Shown here: piece by piece, positions 41,606-53,068 of the stretch
Numbering within the stretch: the first letter of the stretch is position 1
How the letters are laid out: every line of letters starts with the position of its first letter
Assembly (NCBI GenBank): GCA_016699405.1
Contig: CP064972.1
Coordinates: forward strand, 2,696,165-2,760,164
Direction: 5' to 3'
Source: Holophagales bacterium
Lineage (GTDB): Bacteria; Acidobacteriota; Thermoanaerobaculia; Multivoradales; JAGPDF01
Length of the DNA stretch: 64,000 nucleotides
Position numbers and translations under genes: made by a program
The notes under the pieces: model-generated
Database searches by the model: none
Told to the model about the DNA's origin: nothing
What the model saw: the letters and a program-made list of their open reading frames with translations, nothing else

Positions 41606-44065
41606 ATGATTCGACACCTGTGCCGTCTTTCGCTGCCGATCGCTCTTGCGCTCCTGCTGGCGCTCGTCGCTCCGCCGCTCCACGCTGGCGTCGACGTCGC
41701 CGATCCGTTCACCGGTGACGGCCCCTGGATGGTGCGGGCCTTCTTCGTCCCCGACGCCGACCGCCAGGAGGTCGGGCGCCGCTTCGATCACTTCTCGGTG
41801 GACCGCAAGAGCGGCGCGCTGCGTCTCTTCGCGGCCGACGCAAGCGACCTCGAGTGGCTGCGTGCCCGCGGCTACTGGCTCGAGCTCGACGAGGCGACCA
41901 CGGCCGCGATGCGCGAGGCGCAGCGCCGCGCCGCCACGGAGCAGACCCTCGCCGGCATTCCGGGATACTCCTGCTATCGGACGGTCGAGGAGAGCTACGC
42001 CACGGCGGACGCCATCGTCGCCGCCCATCCCCAGCTTGCGTCGATCGTCGACATCGGCGACAGCTGGGAGAAGGTCACCGCCGGCGGCAACCCCGGTTAC
42101 GACCTGCGCGTGCTCCGGCTCACCAACTCGGCCGTGCCGGGGCCGAAGCCGCGCTTTCTCCTGCACGGCGCCATCCACGCTCGCGAGTACACCACCGCCG
42201 AGCTGGCGCTCCGCTTCGCCGAACAGCTCGTCGACGGCTACGGCAGCGACGCCGACGCGACGTGGATCCTCGACCACCACGAGGTCCACCTGCTGCTGCA
42301 GGCCAACCCGGACGGCCGCAAGAAGGCCGAAGCCGGCTCGTCGTGGCGGAAGAACACGAACGAGGCGTACTGCGGCGCGACCTCGACCTCCCGTGGCGCC
42401 GACCTCAACCGGAATTTTCCGTTCCAATGGGGCTGCTGCGGCGGGTCGAGCGGTTACCCCGCTACCTGCGCAACGGATTTCCGAGGCGACTCACCGGCCT
42501 CCGAGCCGGAGGTCCAGGCGATCCGCAACTACCTCCTGGCGATCTTCCCGGATCAGCGCGGTCCGGAGCTGACCGATCCGGCGCCGCCCGACGCCAGCGG
42601 GCTCTACCTCGACCTTCACAGCTTCAGCGAGCTGGTGCTCTGGCCGTGGGGGTTCACCTCGACCGTGGCGCCGAACGGCACGGCGTTCGCCACGCTCGGG
42701 CGCAAGTTCGCGTACTTCAACGGCTACATGCCGGAGCAGTCGATCGGTCTTTACCCCACCGACGGCACGACCGACGATTTCGGCTACGGCGAGCTCGGCG
42801 TGGCCTCCTACGCCTGGGAGCTCGGGACCAACTTCTTCGAAGACTGCGTGACCTTCACCTCGACGATCCTGCCCGACAACCTCGCGGCGCTGCGCTACGC
42901 CGCCAAGGTCGCGCGCACGCCCTACCGCACCCCCGCCGGTCCGGACGCCCTGTCGGTCACGCCGAGTGTGAGCGTGGTGGCGCCCGGCGATCCGCTCGCG
43001 GTCACCGCGACCCTCGACGACACGCGCTATTCGAGCGCCGGCGGCGTCGAGCCGAGCCAGCCGATCGCCCAGGCCGAGCTGACGCTCGACACCCCGCCGT
43101 GGGCGGCCGGAGCGGCGCCGATCGCCATGAGCGCCGTCGACGGGGCGTTCGACGAGACGGTGGAGCCGGCGACGGTGGCGGTTCCCACGGCAGGGATCTC
43201 GGAGGGTCGCCACCTCGCCTTCGTGCGCGGGCGCGACAGCGCCGGCAACTGGGGGGCCGTCTCGGCAACCTACCTCACGGTGATGGATCCGCTGACCGCG
43301 CCGACCGTTTACGGAGTCGTTCGCGACGCGACGAGCGGCTCGCCGCTCGCGGCGACGGTGTCTGTCGGGCCGTTCTCGACGACCTCCGACGCCGGTAGCG
43401 GGGCCTATTCGATTCAGGTGCCGACCGGCACGTACGCGCTCGCCGCCTCGGCGCTCGACCACGCCTCGGCCAACGTGGCGGCGGTCACACTCTCCTCCGG
43501 CGATTCGCGCCTCCAGGACTTCTCGCTGGTGCCGTACACGGCGGCGCTCGCGGACGACGTCGAAGGGGGGAACCTCGGCTGGGCGGCCGCGAGCCCGTGG
43601 GCGATCACCAACCTGCAAGCGCATAGCCCATCGCACTCCTGGACCGATTCCCCGGGGGCTGGCGTCGTCTACGGCAACAACGTCGACACCTCGCTGGTCT
43701 CCGCGATCCAAGACCTCTCGCAGGCGAGCGGCGTCCATGTCTCCTTCTGGCAGCGCTACGAAACCGAGCCGACCTTCGACTTCTGCCACGTCGAAGTCTC
43801 GGGCGACGACGGAGCGACCTGGACCGAGCTGGCGAGCTACGACGGGACGCAGTCGACCTGGACCCAAGTGACGCTCGCCGCGCCGCAGCTCGACGGAAAG
43901 GCTCAGGCGCGGATCCGCTTCCGTCTCTCGACCGACGTCTCGGTACAGCGCGACGGCTGCTACGTCGACGATGTCGTGCTGCGCGCGGCGATGGCCCCGA
44001 TTCTTTCCTTTGCCGACGGCTTCGAGAGCGGCACGCTGTCGAATTGGGATGCTTTCGGACTCTGA
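41606..44065 (+). CDS. Secreted M14 zinc carboxypeptidase with carboxypeptidase-regulatory-like and C-terminal MAM-like domains
   Basis: Signal peptide MIRHLCRLSLPIALALLLALVAPPLHA. Zn ligand and catalytic contexts: HGAIHAREYTT (HxxE), NPDGRKKAE, HSFSELVLWPWG. CarboxypepD_reg-like GVVRDATSGSPLAATVSVG. Ends in FADGFESGTLSNWDAFGL. Confidence 0.85.
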   Translation: MIRHLCRLSLPIALALLLALVAPPLHAGVDVADPFTGDGPWMVRAFFVPDADRQEVGRRFDHFSVDRKSGALRLFAADASDLEWLRARGYWLELDEATTAAMREAQRRAATEQTLAGIPGYSCYRTVEESYATADAIVAAHPQLASIVDIGDSWEKVTAGGNPGYDLRVLRLTNSAVPGPKPRFLLHGAIHAREYTTAELALRFAEQLVDGYGSDADATWILDHHEVHLLLQANPDGRKKAEAGSSWRKNTNEAYCGATSTSRGADLNRNFPFQWGCCGGSSGYPATCATDFRGDSPASEPEVQAIRNYLLAIFPDQRGPELTDPAPPDASGLYLDLHSFSELVLWPWGFTSTVAPNGTAFATLGRKFAYFNGYMPEQSIGLYPTDGTTDDFGYGELGVASYAWELGTNFFEDCVTFTSTILPDNLAALRYAAKVARTPYRTPAGPDALSVTPSVSVVAPGDPLAVTATLDDTRYSSAGGVEPSQPIAQAELTLDTPPWAAGAAPIAMSAVDGAFDETVEPATVAVPTAGISEGRHLAFVRGRDSAGNWGAVSATYLTVMDPLTAPTVYGVVRDATSGSPLAATVSVGPFSTTSDAGSGAYSIQVPTGTYALAASALDHASANVAAVTLSSGDSRLQDFSLVPYTAALADDVEGGNLGWAAASPWAITNLQAHSPSHSWTDSPGAGVVYGNNVDTSLVSAIQDLSQASGVHVSFWQRYETEPTFDFCHVEVSGDDGATWTELASYDGTQSTWTQVTLAAPQLDGKAQARIRFRLSTDVSVQRDGCYVDDVVLRAAMAPILSFADGFESGTLSNWDAFGL

Positions 44066-44125
44066 TCGCGGTCTCGGTGGAGCGCTTTCCCCGTAGACTC
44101 CGACGGGCCAACGGAGGAGCGGACC

Positions 44126-45790
44126 ATGGAGAGCCCCACGGGATCGGCGATGAATCGGCGTCAATTGCTCGGCGGCGCCGGGCTGGCGGCGATCGGCGTG
44201 GCCGGAGGCGCGGCGATCGGCGCGCGGCCAGGCGCGGCGGCGAGTGAAGCGAATCCCAACGACCCTCCGTTCGAGCTCGCGGAGATCACGGTGACCGACC
44301 TCGCGACCGGCATGGCGGCCGGGAAGTGGACCTCCCGCCGCCTGACGGAGCTCTATCTCGAGCGCATCGCGACCCTCGATCGCGGCCCGCAGGGGCCGAA
44401 CGCGGTCGCCGAGACGAATCCGGACGCGCTCGCCATCGCCGCGGAGCTCGACGCCGAGCGCCGCGCCGGGAAGCTCCGCGGACCGCTGCACGGGATCCCC
44501 GTGCTGATCAAGGACAACATCGACAGCGGCGACCGGATGTGGACGACCGCCGGTTCGCTCGCTCTCGCCGGCTCGCGAGCGGCGCGGGATGCCTTCCTCG
44601 TCGAGCGGCTGCGTGCCGCCGGCGCCGTGTTGCTCGGCAAGACGAACCTCTCGGAGTGGGCCAACATCCGCTCGCCGCGTTCGACCTCGGGCTGGAGCGG
44701 GCGCGGCGGCCAGGTGCGCAACCCCTATGCGCTCGACCGCAACCCCTGCGGCTCGTCGAGCGGCACCGGGGCGGCGATCTCCGCGAACCTCGCCCCCCTC
44801 GGCGTCGGCACGGAGACCGACGGTTCGATCATCTGCCCGTCGTCGATGTGCGGCCTCGTCGGCCTGAAGCCGACCGTCGGTCTCGTCTCGCGCAGCGGCG
44901 TGATTCCGATCTCCGCCACCCAGGACACCGCCGGACCGATGACCCGGACGGTGGCCGACGCCGCCCTGCTGCTCGCCGCGCTCGCCGGCAACGGGAGCGC
45001 CGACCCGCGTGATCCGGCGACGGCACGCGCCGCCGGGCAGGTTGCCGACTTCGCCGCCGCCCTCGACCCGCGCGGGCTCGCCGGCGCCCGCCTCGGCCTG
45101 GTGCGGGCGTTCTTCGGTTGGCACCCCGAGATCGAAGACCAGATGAAGGGGCTGTTCGCGGTGCTCGAGGGCGCCGGGGCGGTGCTCGTCGACCCGGTCG
45201 AGATCCCTCATCTCGCCGACCTCGATCCGCTCGAGGGCGAGGTCCTGCACTACGAGTTCAAGGCGGGGGTGAACGCCTATCTCGCCGGCCTGCCGGTCGA
45301 CGGCGGCCACCCACGCAACCTCGCCGAGCTGATCGACTTCAACCGGCGGCACGCGGCGGAGGAGATGCCCTGGTTCGGCCAGGAGACGTTCGAGAAGTGC
45401 GAGGCGAAGGGGCCGCTCACCGACGAGCCCTACACCCGGGCGGTGAGAGAGGCGGCGCGCCTGTCGCGTGCCGAGGGGATCGATGCGGTCCTCGGCAAGC
45501 ATCGGCTCGACGCCCTGGTCTGTCCGTCGATGGGGCCGGCCTACCTCACCGACTGGGTCAACGGCGACCACTACACGGGGGCGGCGACGAGCCCCTGTGC
45601 CGTGGCCGGCTATCCTCACTTGACCGTTCCGGCGGGCTTCGTCCACGGACTCCCCTGGGGGCTCTCGTTCATGGGGCCGGCGTGGAGCGAGGCCCGACTG
45701 CTGCGCCTCGGCTACGCCTTCGAGCAGGCGACGAAGGTGCGCCGCGCCCCGCGTTTCGCCCCGACGGTCGACGTCGGCCGGCGCGCCTGA
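44126..45790 (+). CDS. Amidase-signature family amidase, Tat-exported
   Basis: Twin-arginine signal MNRRQLLGGAGLAAIGVAGG. The AS signature GGSSSGTGAAISANLAPLGVGTETDGSIICPSSMCGLVGLKPTVG contains the Ser-cisSer-Lys triad region. Confidence 0.85.
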   Translation: MESPTGSAMNRRQLLGGAGLAAIGVAGGAAIGARPGAAASEANPNDPPFELAEITVTDLATGMAAGKWTSRRLTELYLERIATLDRGPQGPNAVAETNPDALAIAAELDAERRAGKLRGPLHGIPVLIKDNIDSGDRMWTTAGSLALAGSRAARDAFLVERLRAAGAVLLGKTNLSEWANIRSPRSTSGWSGRGGQVRNPYALDRNPCGSSSGTGAAISANLAPLGVGTETDGSIICPSSMCGLVGLKPTVGLVSRSGVIPISATQDTAGPMTRTVADAALLLAALAGNGSADPRDPATARAAGQVADFAAALDPRGLAGARLGLVRAFFGWHPEIEDQMKGLFAVLEGAGAVLVDPVEIPHLADLDPLEGEVLHYEFKAGVNAYLAGLPVDGGHPRNLAELIDFNRRHAAEEMPWFGQETFEKCEAKGPLTDEPYTRAVREAARLSRAEGIDAVLGKHRLDALVCPSMGPAYLTDWVNGDHYTGAATSPCAVAGYPHLTVPAGFVHGLPWGLSFMGPAWSEARLLRLGYAFEQATKVRRAPRFAPTVDVGRRA

Positions 45791-45864
45791 AGGCGACGGA
45801 CGGGACGATCCCGGCGCGAAGCGCGCCACAGTCGAGCGACGAGGGGAAGCGGCAGAATCGGGGC

Positions 45865-47454
45865 GTGCTCCCTCTCGCCGCCAGGCGCCGCTCGCCCCGA
45901 CTCCGGCTGACCCTGCTCGCTCTCGGCCTCGGGATCGTCTCGCTCGCCGTCGCCCGGGAGGGTGGGGCCGCCTGCCTGCCCGCGGCGCTGCCCGCGACGA
46001 GCGCCACCTGGACCACCCTCGGCAACGGGACACCGGGCAGCGTGACGCCGGCGTCGCTGCAGGCGGCCGTCACGGCCGGCGGGTTCGTCCGCTTCGATCT
46101 CGGCGCCGCACCGGTGACGCTCACCCTCACCGCCGAGCTGCAGGTGACCCGCGCCGTGACGATCGACGGTGGCGGTCGGGTGACGCTCTCGGGTGGCGGG
46201 ACGACGCGCCTGATGCGGATCACCAACCCGCAGAACGCGACCTTCACCGTGACCCTGCAGCACCTGACGCTTGCCGACGGGGCGGCGCCGGCGGGCGATG
46301 GCGCGGCGATCGACAAGGCGACCGGCGGCCCCTGGCAGGCGGTGAGCCTGACGCTCGTCGACTGCATCGTCCGCGACAACACGGCGATCGCCAGTGCCCA
46401 GGACGGCGGCGGCGGGGGGATCTACGCGACCGGGATGGACGTGGTCCGGATCCACGGCTGTCGCTTCGAGAACAACCGGGGAAGCAACGGCGGAGCGATC
46501 TACTCGCTCGGCAGCCGGCGCCTGCACGTCACCGATTCGCTCTTCCTCGCCAACCGCGCCACCGGAAGCGGCGGAAATCCGGGCAACGGCGGCAACGGCG
46601 GTGCGATCGGCGTCGACGGTGCGAGCCGCGAGGTGGAGATGTGCGGCGTCCGCTTCTACGGCAATCAGGGCAACGCCTATGGGGCGGCCTTCTTTTCCGT
46701 CGCGTACGACACGGCGAGCCCCACCGACTTCCGCTTCTGCACCTTCGACAGCAACTTCAATCCGACCGCGCAGGGCTTCGCCGGCGCGGTCTACCTCCAG
46801 GGCGGGCCGTTCTCCCTCCGGCAGTCGGTGTTCCGCGACAACGAGGCGAACGGCGTTGGGGCGCTCTTCCTCGGCCCCGGCGCGAGCGGCACGGTCGAGA
46901 ACTGCACCTTCACCGGCAACGTGGCGCGGCAGAGCCTGGCCGGGGCGATCTCGATCGGCACGACGGCGCCGGTGACGATCGCCAGCTCGACGATCGCCGG
47001 CAACTCCGCCCCCGGCGAGGTGGCCTTCGCCGCCGGCATCCGGGTCGACGCGGGCAACGACCTGACGTTGCGCGACACCCTGCTCGTCGGCAACACCGGC
47101 GGCAACGTCTGGAACCCCTGGAACATCCTCAACCCCGCGGCGCACGACGGCGGCGGCAACCTGCAGTGGCCGCGCTTCCGGCCGAACGGCCAGGAGGAGG
47201 TGCGCGCCACGCCGACCGCGCTCTGGGCCGACCCGCAGCTCGGCGCGCCGTGGGGCCACGGTGGCCCGACCGAGACGATGGCGCTCGCGCCGGCCTCGCC
47301 GGCGCGCGGCGCGGCGGCCGGCACGCTCGCCGAGGACCAGCGCGGCGCCGCGCGCGCGGCGCCCTTCGACAGCGGCGCCTGCGAGTCCGCGCCGCTCTTC
47401 TTCGACGGCTTCGAATGGGGCGGCGTCGCCGCCTGGGGCCCGGCGCTGCCGTGA
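45865..47454 (+). CDS. Secreted right-handed parallel beta-helix repeat protein (pectate-lyase-fold, Pmp/adhesin-like)
   Basis: GTG start with GAGGGGAAG upstream, then signal peptide LRLTLLALGLGIVSLAVA. Repeated GGAIY, NGGAI, GNxA and NTGGN beta-helix rungs. Ends in FFDGFEWGGVAAWGPALP. Confidence 0.7.
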   Translation: MLPLAARRRSPRLRLTLLALGLGIVSLAVAREGGAACLPAALPATSATWTTLGNGTPGSVTPASLQAAVTAGGFVRFDLGAAPVTLTLTAELQVTRAVTIDGGGRVTLSGGGTTRLMRITNPQNATFTVTLQHLTLADGAAPAGDGAAIDKATGGPWQAVSLTLVDCIVRDNTAIASAQDGGGGGIYATGMDVVRIHGCRFENNRGSNGGAIYSLGSRRLHVTDSLFLANRATGSGGNPGNGGNGGAIGVDGASREVEMCGVRFYGNQGNAYGAAFFSVAYDTASPTDFRFCTFDSNFNPTAQGFAGAVYLQGGPFSLRQSVFRDNEANGVGALFLGPGASGTVENCTFTGNVARQSLAGAISIGTTAPVTIASSTIAGNSAPGEVAFAAGIRVDAGNDLTLRDTLLVGNTGGNVWNPWNILNPAAHDGGGNLQWPRFRPNGQEEVRATPTALWADPQLGAPWGHGGPTETMALAPASPARGAAAGTLAEDQRGAARAAPFDSGACESAPLFFDGFEWGGVAAWGPALP

Positions 47455-47464
47455 GGCGCGGCCG

Positions 47465-48340
47465 CTAGAGCGTCACCAACACGATGCCGGCGACCGCCAG
47501 CGCCGAGGCGAGGAGCTTGCGGCGGGTGAACGGCTCGCCGAGGAAGAGGGCGGCGAGGAGCAGGATGTAGATCGTGCTCGACTGGTTGAGGATCGCGGCG
47601 ACCCCGACCTTGCTGTGCTTCATCCCGGCGATCCAGAGGATGAGCGAAAGGTAGGAGCCGAGGATCGCCCCGGGGAGGGTGAAGCGCCAGGCGCGCGCCG
47701 GGCGGAAGACGGCGAGCGTCTCCCGCCGTCGGCGCGACAGCAGGGCGAACGGGGCCATCGCGGCGAGGCAGCCGATCTGGCGCACCGCGGTCGCCCAGAG
47801 CACCGGGGCGTGATCGAGCGCCGGCTTGGCGATCACGATCCCGAGGGCGAGCGCGGCCATCGCCACGACGCCGAGCGCTGCGCCGAGCACGATCTGGCGC
47901 GGCGGCACGCCGTGCGGCGCCTCGTGCCGCGCCGCGGTCAGCACGCCGGCGAGCACCAGGCCCATGCCGACGAGCTGCTGCGCCGAGAGCCGCTCGTCGA
48001 GCAGCACGCGGGCGAAGAGCACCGTGAAGGGCGGATAGAGGCAGTCGACGATCGACGAGATGCCGGCGCCGCAGAGGTTGAGGCTGCGGTGGAAGAGGGT
48101 GTCGGCGATGGCGATCGCCACGATGCCGCTCGCCACCAGCAGCAAGACGTCGCGACCGGTCCAGCCGTCCCACGAGGCCTGGCCGGCGAGGACCACCGTC
48201 GGCACCAGCAGCGCGGTCGACACCACGACCCGGAAGAGGTTGAGGGCGAACGGCGGGACGGTCTCCCCCGAGCGCTTGAGCAGGATGACCGCTCCCGCCC
48301 AGACGAGGGCGGTGAGCAGCGCGTAGACGTTTCCCATGGG
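47465..48340 (-). CDS. EamA/DMT-family transporter
   Basis: Ten TM helices in two EamA halves (ALLTALVWAGAVILLKR..., AILGSYLSLILWIAGMK...). Confidence 0.75.
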   Translation of the reverse strand, partial: PMGNVYALLTALVWAGAVILLKRSGETVPPFALNLFRVVVSTALLVPTVVLAGQASWDGWTGRDVLLLVASGIVAIAIADTLFHRSLNLCGAGISSIVDCLYPPFTVLFARVLLDERLSAQQLVGMGLVLAGVLTAARHEAPHGVPPRQIVLGAALGVVAMAALALGIVIAKPALDHAPVLWATAVRQIGCLAAMAPFALLSRRRRETLAVFRPARAWRFTLPGAILGSYLSLILWIAGMKHSKVGVAAILNQSSTIYILLLAALFLGEPFTRRKLLASALAVAGIVLVTL

Positions 48341-48480
48341 CGGCGGGCCGGCCTCGCGGCGGAGCGCCCGGTCGGGCCGTCCCCCTGCTTCCGGCCGGTC
48401 GAGGATAATCGACCCCGACGCGATTGCCCACACCGTCGCCGGAGGCGGCGCCAGTGTAACGAGAGCCAGGAGAGCCGAGC

Positions 48481-48753
48481 ATGTGCCGGAGCATCAGGAC
48501 CCTCCACAACTTCGCGCCGCCGGCGAGCGAGGAGGAGATCGCCGCCGCGGCGCGCCAGTTCGTGCGCAAGCTCTGCGGCTTCACCCGTCCGTCGCGGGCC
48601 AACGCGGCGGTCTTCGAGCGGGCGGTGGAGGAGATCGCGGGGGCGGCGCGCACGCTGCTCGGCGATCTCGTCACCCAGGCTCCGCCGCGCGACCGCGAGG
48701 TCGAGGCGGCGCGAGCCCGCCTGCGGCGAGCCTCCCGCGCCGTGCGGCCATGA
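48481..48753 (+). CDS. DUF2277-family small protein
   Basis: MCRSIRTLHNFAPPASEEEIAAAARQFVRKLCGFTRPSRANAAVFERAVEEI matches the conserved DUF2277 N-terminus (MCRNIxxLxNFxPPAT..EI). Confidence 0.65.
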   Translation: MCRSIRTLHNFAPPASEEEIAAAARQFVRKLCGFTRPSRANAAVFERAVEEIAGAARTLLGDLVTQAPPRDREVEAARARLRRASRAVRP

Positions 48754-50171
48754 GAGGCAGCGGCGCAGGCCGGGCGGGGTGGTTGCTCGCGCTCGCCGGC
48801 GGCCTGGCGCTCTTCTGGGCGCTCGCGGCGCCGGGCGAGAAGCCGGTGCTCACCGACGACGAGCAGGCCAACGCCCAGGCGGCGATCCACCTGGCGCGCC
48901 ACGGGGTCTTCTCGCACGCTCCGGGCGTGAACGCTCCCGCGCCCGACGCCTTCCGCGAGCCGGGCTACGCGGCGTTCGTCGCGACGGTCTGGCACCTCGC
49001 CGGCAGCGAGGTGCCGATGCGGCCCGCGGGGCTCGCGGCGGGCGACGCGCGGGCGCGCGACGCGGTGCGCCCGGTGCAGCGCGCGCAGCGGCTGCTGCTC
49101 GCCCTCGCCGCGCTCGGCGCGGCGGCGGCGGTGGGGTGGGCGGGAGGCCGGTCCGGTCCGACGGTCGCGGCGGTCGCCGCCTTCGCCCTCGTCGCGCTGA
49201 GCCCGGCGCTCGCGCGCAGCGCCGATCTCTTCGCCAGCGAGGCGTTGGCCGCGCCGCTCGCCACGGCCCTGGCCTGCGGCCTGGCGGCGCTCGTCGAACG
49301 CCCGTCGAACCTCCGCGCGCTCGTCGCCGGCCTCGTGGCGGGCGCGCTGGCGCTGGTCAAGGCGGCCTTCCTGCCGCTCGCCGTGGCCCTGGCTCTGTGC
49401 CTCCCGCTGCTGCTCGGAGGCCACCGGGGGCGACACCGGGTGGCGTTCGCGGGGGTCTTCCTGGCCGCGGCGCTCCTCCTCCCCGGGCTGTGGATCGCGC
49501 GCAACGCCGCCACCCTGGGGCACGCCACGCTCGCCGACCGCGGCGGCGTCGTCCTGCTGACGCGGGCCGAGCTCGGCGTCGACGTCGAGCGCGAGGGGAC
49601 CGGCGCGGCGCTCGCGGTCTGGACGCCCTGGCCGCTCGGCGCCACGGCGGCGGACGGCGAGAGCCGCCTCGAGCGCTGGAGCTGGCGGGGGGAGGGCGGG
49701 GCGGCGAGCCCGTTCGTCCGCGCCATGGCGCGGCGCGACGCGTTGATCCGGGAGACCGGCGATCCGCTCGCCGCCGACGCGCGCCTGCGACGCGAGGCGC
49801 TCGCTGCCCTCGGCGCTGCTCCCGGCCGCTGGCTGCGCGCCACCGTGCCGGTCGCCTGGCGGAGCCTCTTCGCCGAGCGCTCGCCCGCATGGCTCCGCCC
49901 GTTCGACGCCGCGCTGCCGATCGGACTGCTCCTCGCGCTCGGCGCCTTTCTCGCTCTCATCCACGCGCTGCGCGGCGCGGACCGGCCGGCGCTCGCCCTG
50001 CTCCTTCCGGTCACCGCCGCCTACCTCTTCGCCGTTCTCGCCACAGAGGGCCTACCGCGCTTCCAGCAGCCGTCGCTACCGATCCTCTGGGCCACTGTTG
50101 CGGCGACGGTCGATCGGCTGGTCGCGCGCGCGGGCCGGCGGACCGCATCCAAAGACAAGACGTCTGGGTAA
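48750..50171 (+). CDS. Polytopic membrane protein, probable GT-C-type glycosyltransferase (ArnT/PMT-like)
   Basis: The ATG overlaps the DUF2277 stop (ATGA). An N-terminal TM helix is followed by a periplasmic loop (DDEQANAQAAIHLARHGVF, cf. GT39/GT83 DE-loop), then about 10 more TM helices. Confidence 0.55.
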   Translation: MRGSGAGRAGWLLALAGGLALFWALAAPGEKPVLTDDEQANAQAAIHLARHGVFSHAPGVNAPAPDAFREPGYAAFVATVWHLAGSEVPMRPAGLAAGDARARDAVRPVQRAQRLLLALAALGAAAAVGWAGGRSGPTVAAVAAFALVALSPALARSADLFASEALAAPLATALACGLAALVERPSNLRALVAGLVAGALALVKAAFLPLAVALALCLPLLLGGHRGRHRVAFAGVFLAAALLLPGLWIARNAATLGHATLADRGGVVLLTRAELGVDVEREGTGAALAVWTPWPLGATAADGESRLERWSWRGEGGAASPFVRAMARRDALIRETGDPLAADARLRREALAALGAAPGRWLRATVPVAWRSLFAERSPAWLRPFDAALPIGLLLALGAFLALIHALRGADRPALALLLPVTAAYLFAVLATEGLPRFQQPSLPILWATVAATVDRLVARAGRRTASKDKTSG

Positions 50172-50292
50172 GGAACCTCGGAGGAACGAGCCTCGCGCGT
50201 CGGGCCGCGGCGCGCTCGGGAACGGACTGGAAGGGTCGGCCGCGCGACGCCTGCGGCTCCGCCTCTTCTTCTTACCCAGACGTCTTTGTCTT
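50151..50292. repeat. 22-bp inverted repeat (aaagacaagacgtctgggtaag / cttacccagacgtctttgtctt) with a ~100-bp spacer spanning the GT gene stop
   Basis: Arm 1 at about 50151-50172 includes the TAA stop. Arm 2 at about 50271-50292. One indel between arms. The arms are AT-richer than their surroundings. Confidence 0.6.
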
Positions 50293-50355
50293 GGCGGCTT
50301 GGAGCGAGATGGGCCGAACCGGGGCGCCCACTCGGAAACGGTCCGGAGGAGGGGC

Positions 50356-50384
50356 TTGACGGGAGCGGCGAGTCGAAATATCCT
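50356..50384 (+). promoter_or_regulatory. Candidate sigma70 promoter (TTGACG-N17-TATCCT) for the ArsR-MT/ahcY operon
   Basis: cTTGACGggagcggcgagtcgaaaTATCCTttcacc, about 18 nt upstream of the ATG at 50402. Confidence 0.4.
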
Positions 50385-50401
50385 TTCACCCGGATAGAGC
50401 G

Positions 50402-51438
50402 ATGGAAGCCCTGGCCCCCACCTCCGCGCCGGACCTGCTGATCGAGCGCCTGTCGGCGCTCGCCGAGCCGGCGCGCCTGCGGCTGCTGGCGCTACTCGAG
50501 CGCGACGAGCTGGGGGTGAGCGAGCTCGCCGAGGTGGTGCGGATGCCGCAGTCGTCGGTGTCGCGCCACCTCAAGCAGCTCGCCGACGGTGGTTGGGTGG
50601 CGTCGCGCAGCCAGCGCACGGCCAACCTCTACCGCATGCGGACCGACGAGCTCGAGCCCGGCGCCCGCCAGCTCTGGGAGCTGGCGCGGGAGGAGGCCGC
50701 CGCCTGGCCGGCGCTGGCGCAGGACCGCCTGCGCCTCCGCCGCCACCTCGAGCGCAAGCGCGAGCGGGGGAGCGAGTTCTTCGCCGGCGCGGCCGGCGAC
50801 TGGGACCGCCTGCGGCGCGAGCTCTACGGCGACGTCTTCACCCACACCGCGCTGCACGCCCTCCTGCCGCGCGACTGGGTGGTGGCCGACCTCGCCTGCG
50901 GCACGGGGGTGTTGGCCGCAGAGCTCGCGCCCTGCGTCGCCCGCGTCGTCGCCGTCGACCAGTCCGCGGCGATGCTCGCCGCGGCGCGCGAGCGGCTCGC
51001 CGGCGCGTCGAACGTCGAGCTCCGCCTCGGCGACCTCGAGGCGCTGCCGCTCCCCGCGGCGAGCTGTGACGCGGCGCTGCTGCTGCTCGCCCTGACCCAC
51101 GTCGCCGAGCCGCCGCTGGCGCTCGCCGAGCTGCGCCGGGTGCTCAAGCCCGGCGGCCGCGCGGTGGTCGTCGATCTGCTGCGCCACGACCGCGACGAGC
51201 TGCGCCGCGAGATGGGCCAGCTGCGCCCCGGCTTCGAGCGCGAGGAGCTCGCCGGTCTGCTCGCCGCCGCCGGCCTCGCCGGCGTCGCCTGCCGCGGCCT
51301 GCCGCCCGAGCCGGCGGCCAAGGGCCCGGCGCTGCTGCTCGCCACCGCCGAGCGCCCGCTCACCGATCCGTCCGTTCCACCCCCGTCGACGAGTTCCACG
51401 ACCCCTCGCGCCCCGCGAGGAAAGGAGAAGACCCCGCG

Positions 51439-51442
<4 letters not shown>
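50402..51442 (+). CDS. ArsR/SmtB-family HTH regulator fused to a class I SAM-dependent methyltransferase
   Basis: N-terminal ArsR wHTH ([41 protein letters not shown]). C-terminal MTase motif I ([17 protein letters not shown]) and post-I/II motifs ([18 protein letters not shown]). Confidence 0.8.
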
Positions 51443-52908
<1,466 letters not shown>

Positions 52909-52933
52909 GCCGCGACCGCGTCCACGCAGCGGG

Positions 52934-52976
52934 ACGAAGGGCGAGGTCCGCGAGGGCCTCGCCCTTTCGTTTTGGT
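52934..52976 (+). terminator. Rho-independent terminator downstream of ahcY
   Basis: GC-rich hairpin aagggcgagg-tccgcgagg-gcctcgccctt followed by TCGTTTT. Confidence 0.6.
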
Positions 52977-53068
52977 GCTCTGGAAGCCACCCGGCCGACC
53001 CCGAGCCCGAGCTTTTGCGGCCCGGTGTCGATGGCACTGCGCGCCGACGAGCACGGCACGTGGGCGGC

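Noticed and set aside
42491-49964. ORFs 42491..46033(-), 45712..47259(-), 46791..49964(-), 47261..50359(+)
   Set aside because: Antisense or alternate frames across the M14, amidase, beta-helix, DMT and GT genes. Low-complexity translations with no motifs.
50401-50402. Searched for an SAH riboswitch upstream of ahcY
   Set aside because: ahcY starts inside the stop codon of the ArsR-MT gene. The only 5' UTR, upstream of the regulator, is about 17 nt, too short for the SAH element.
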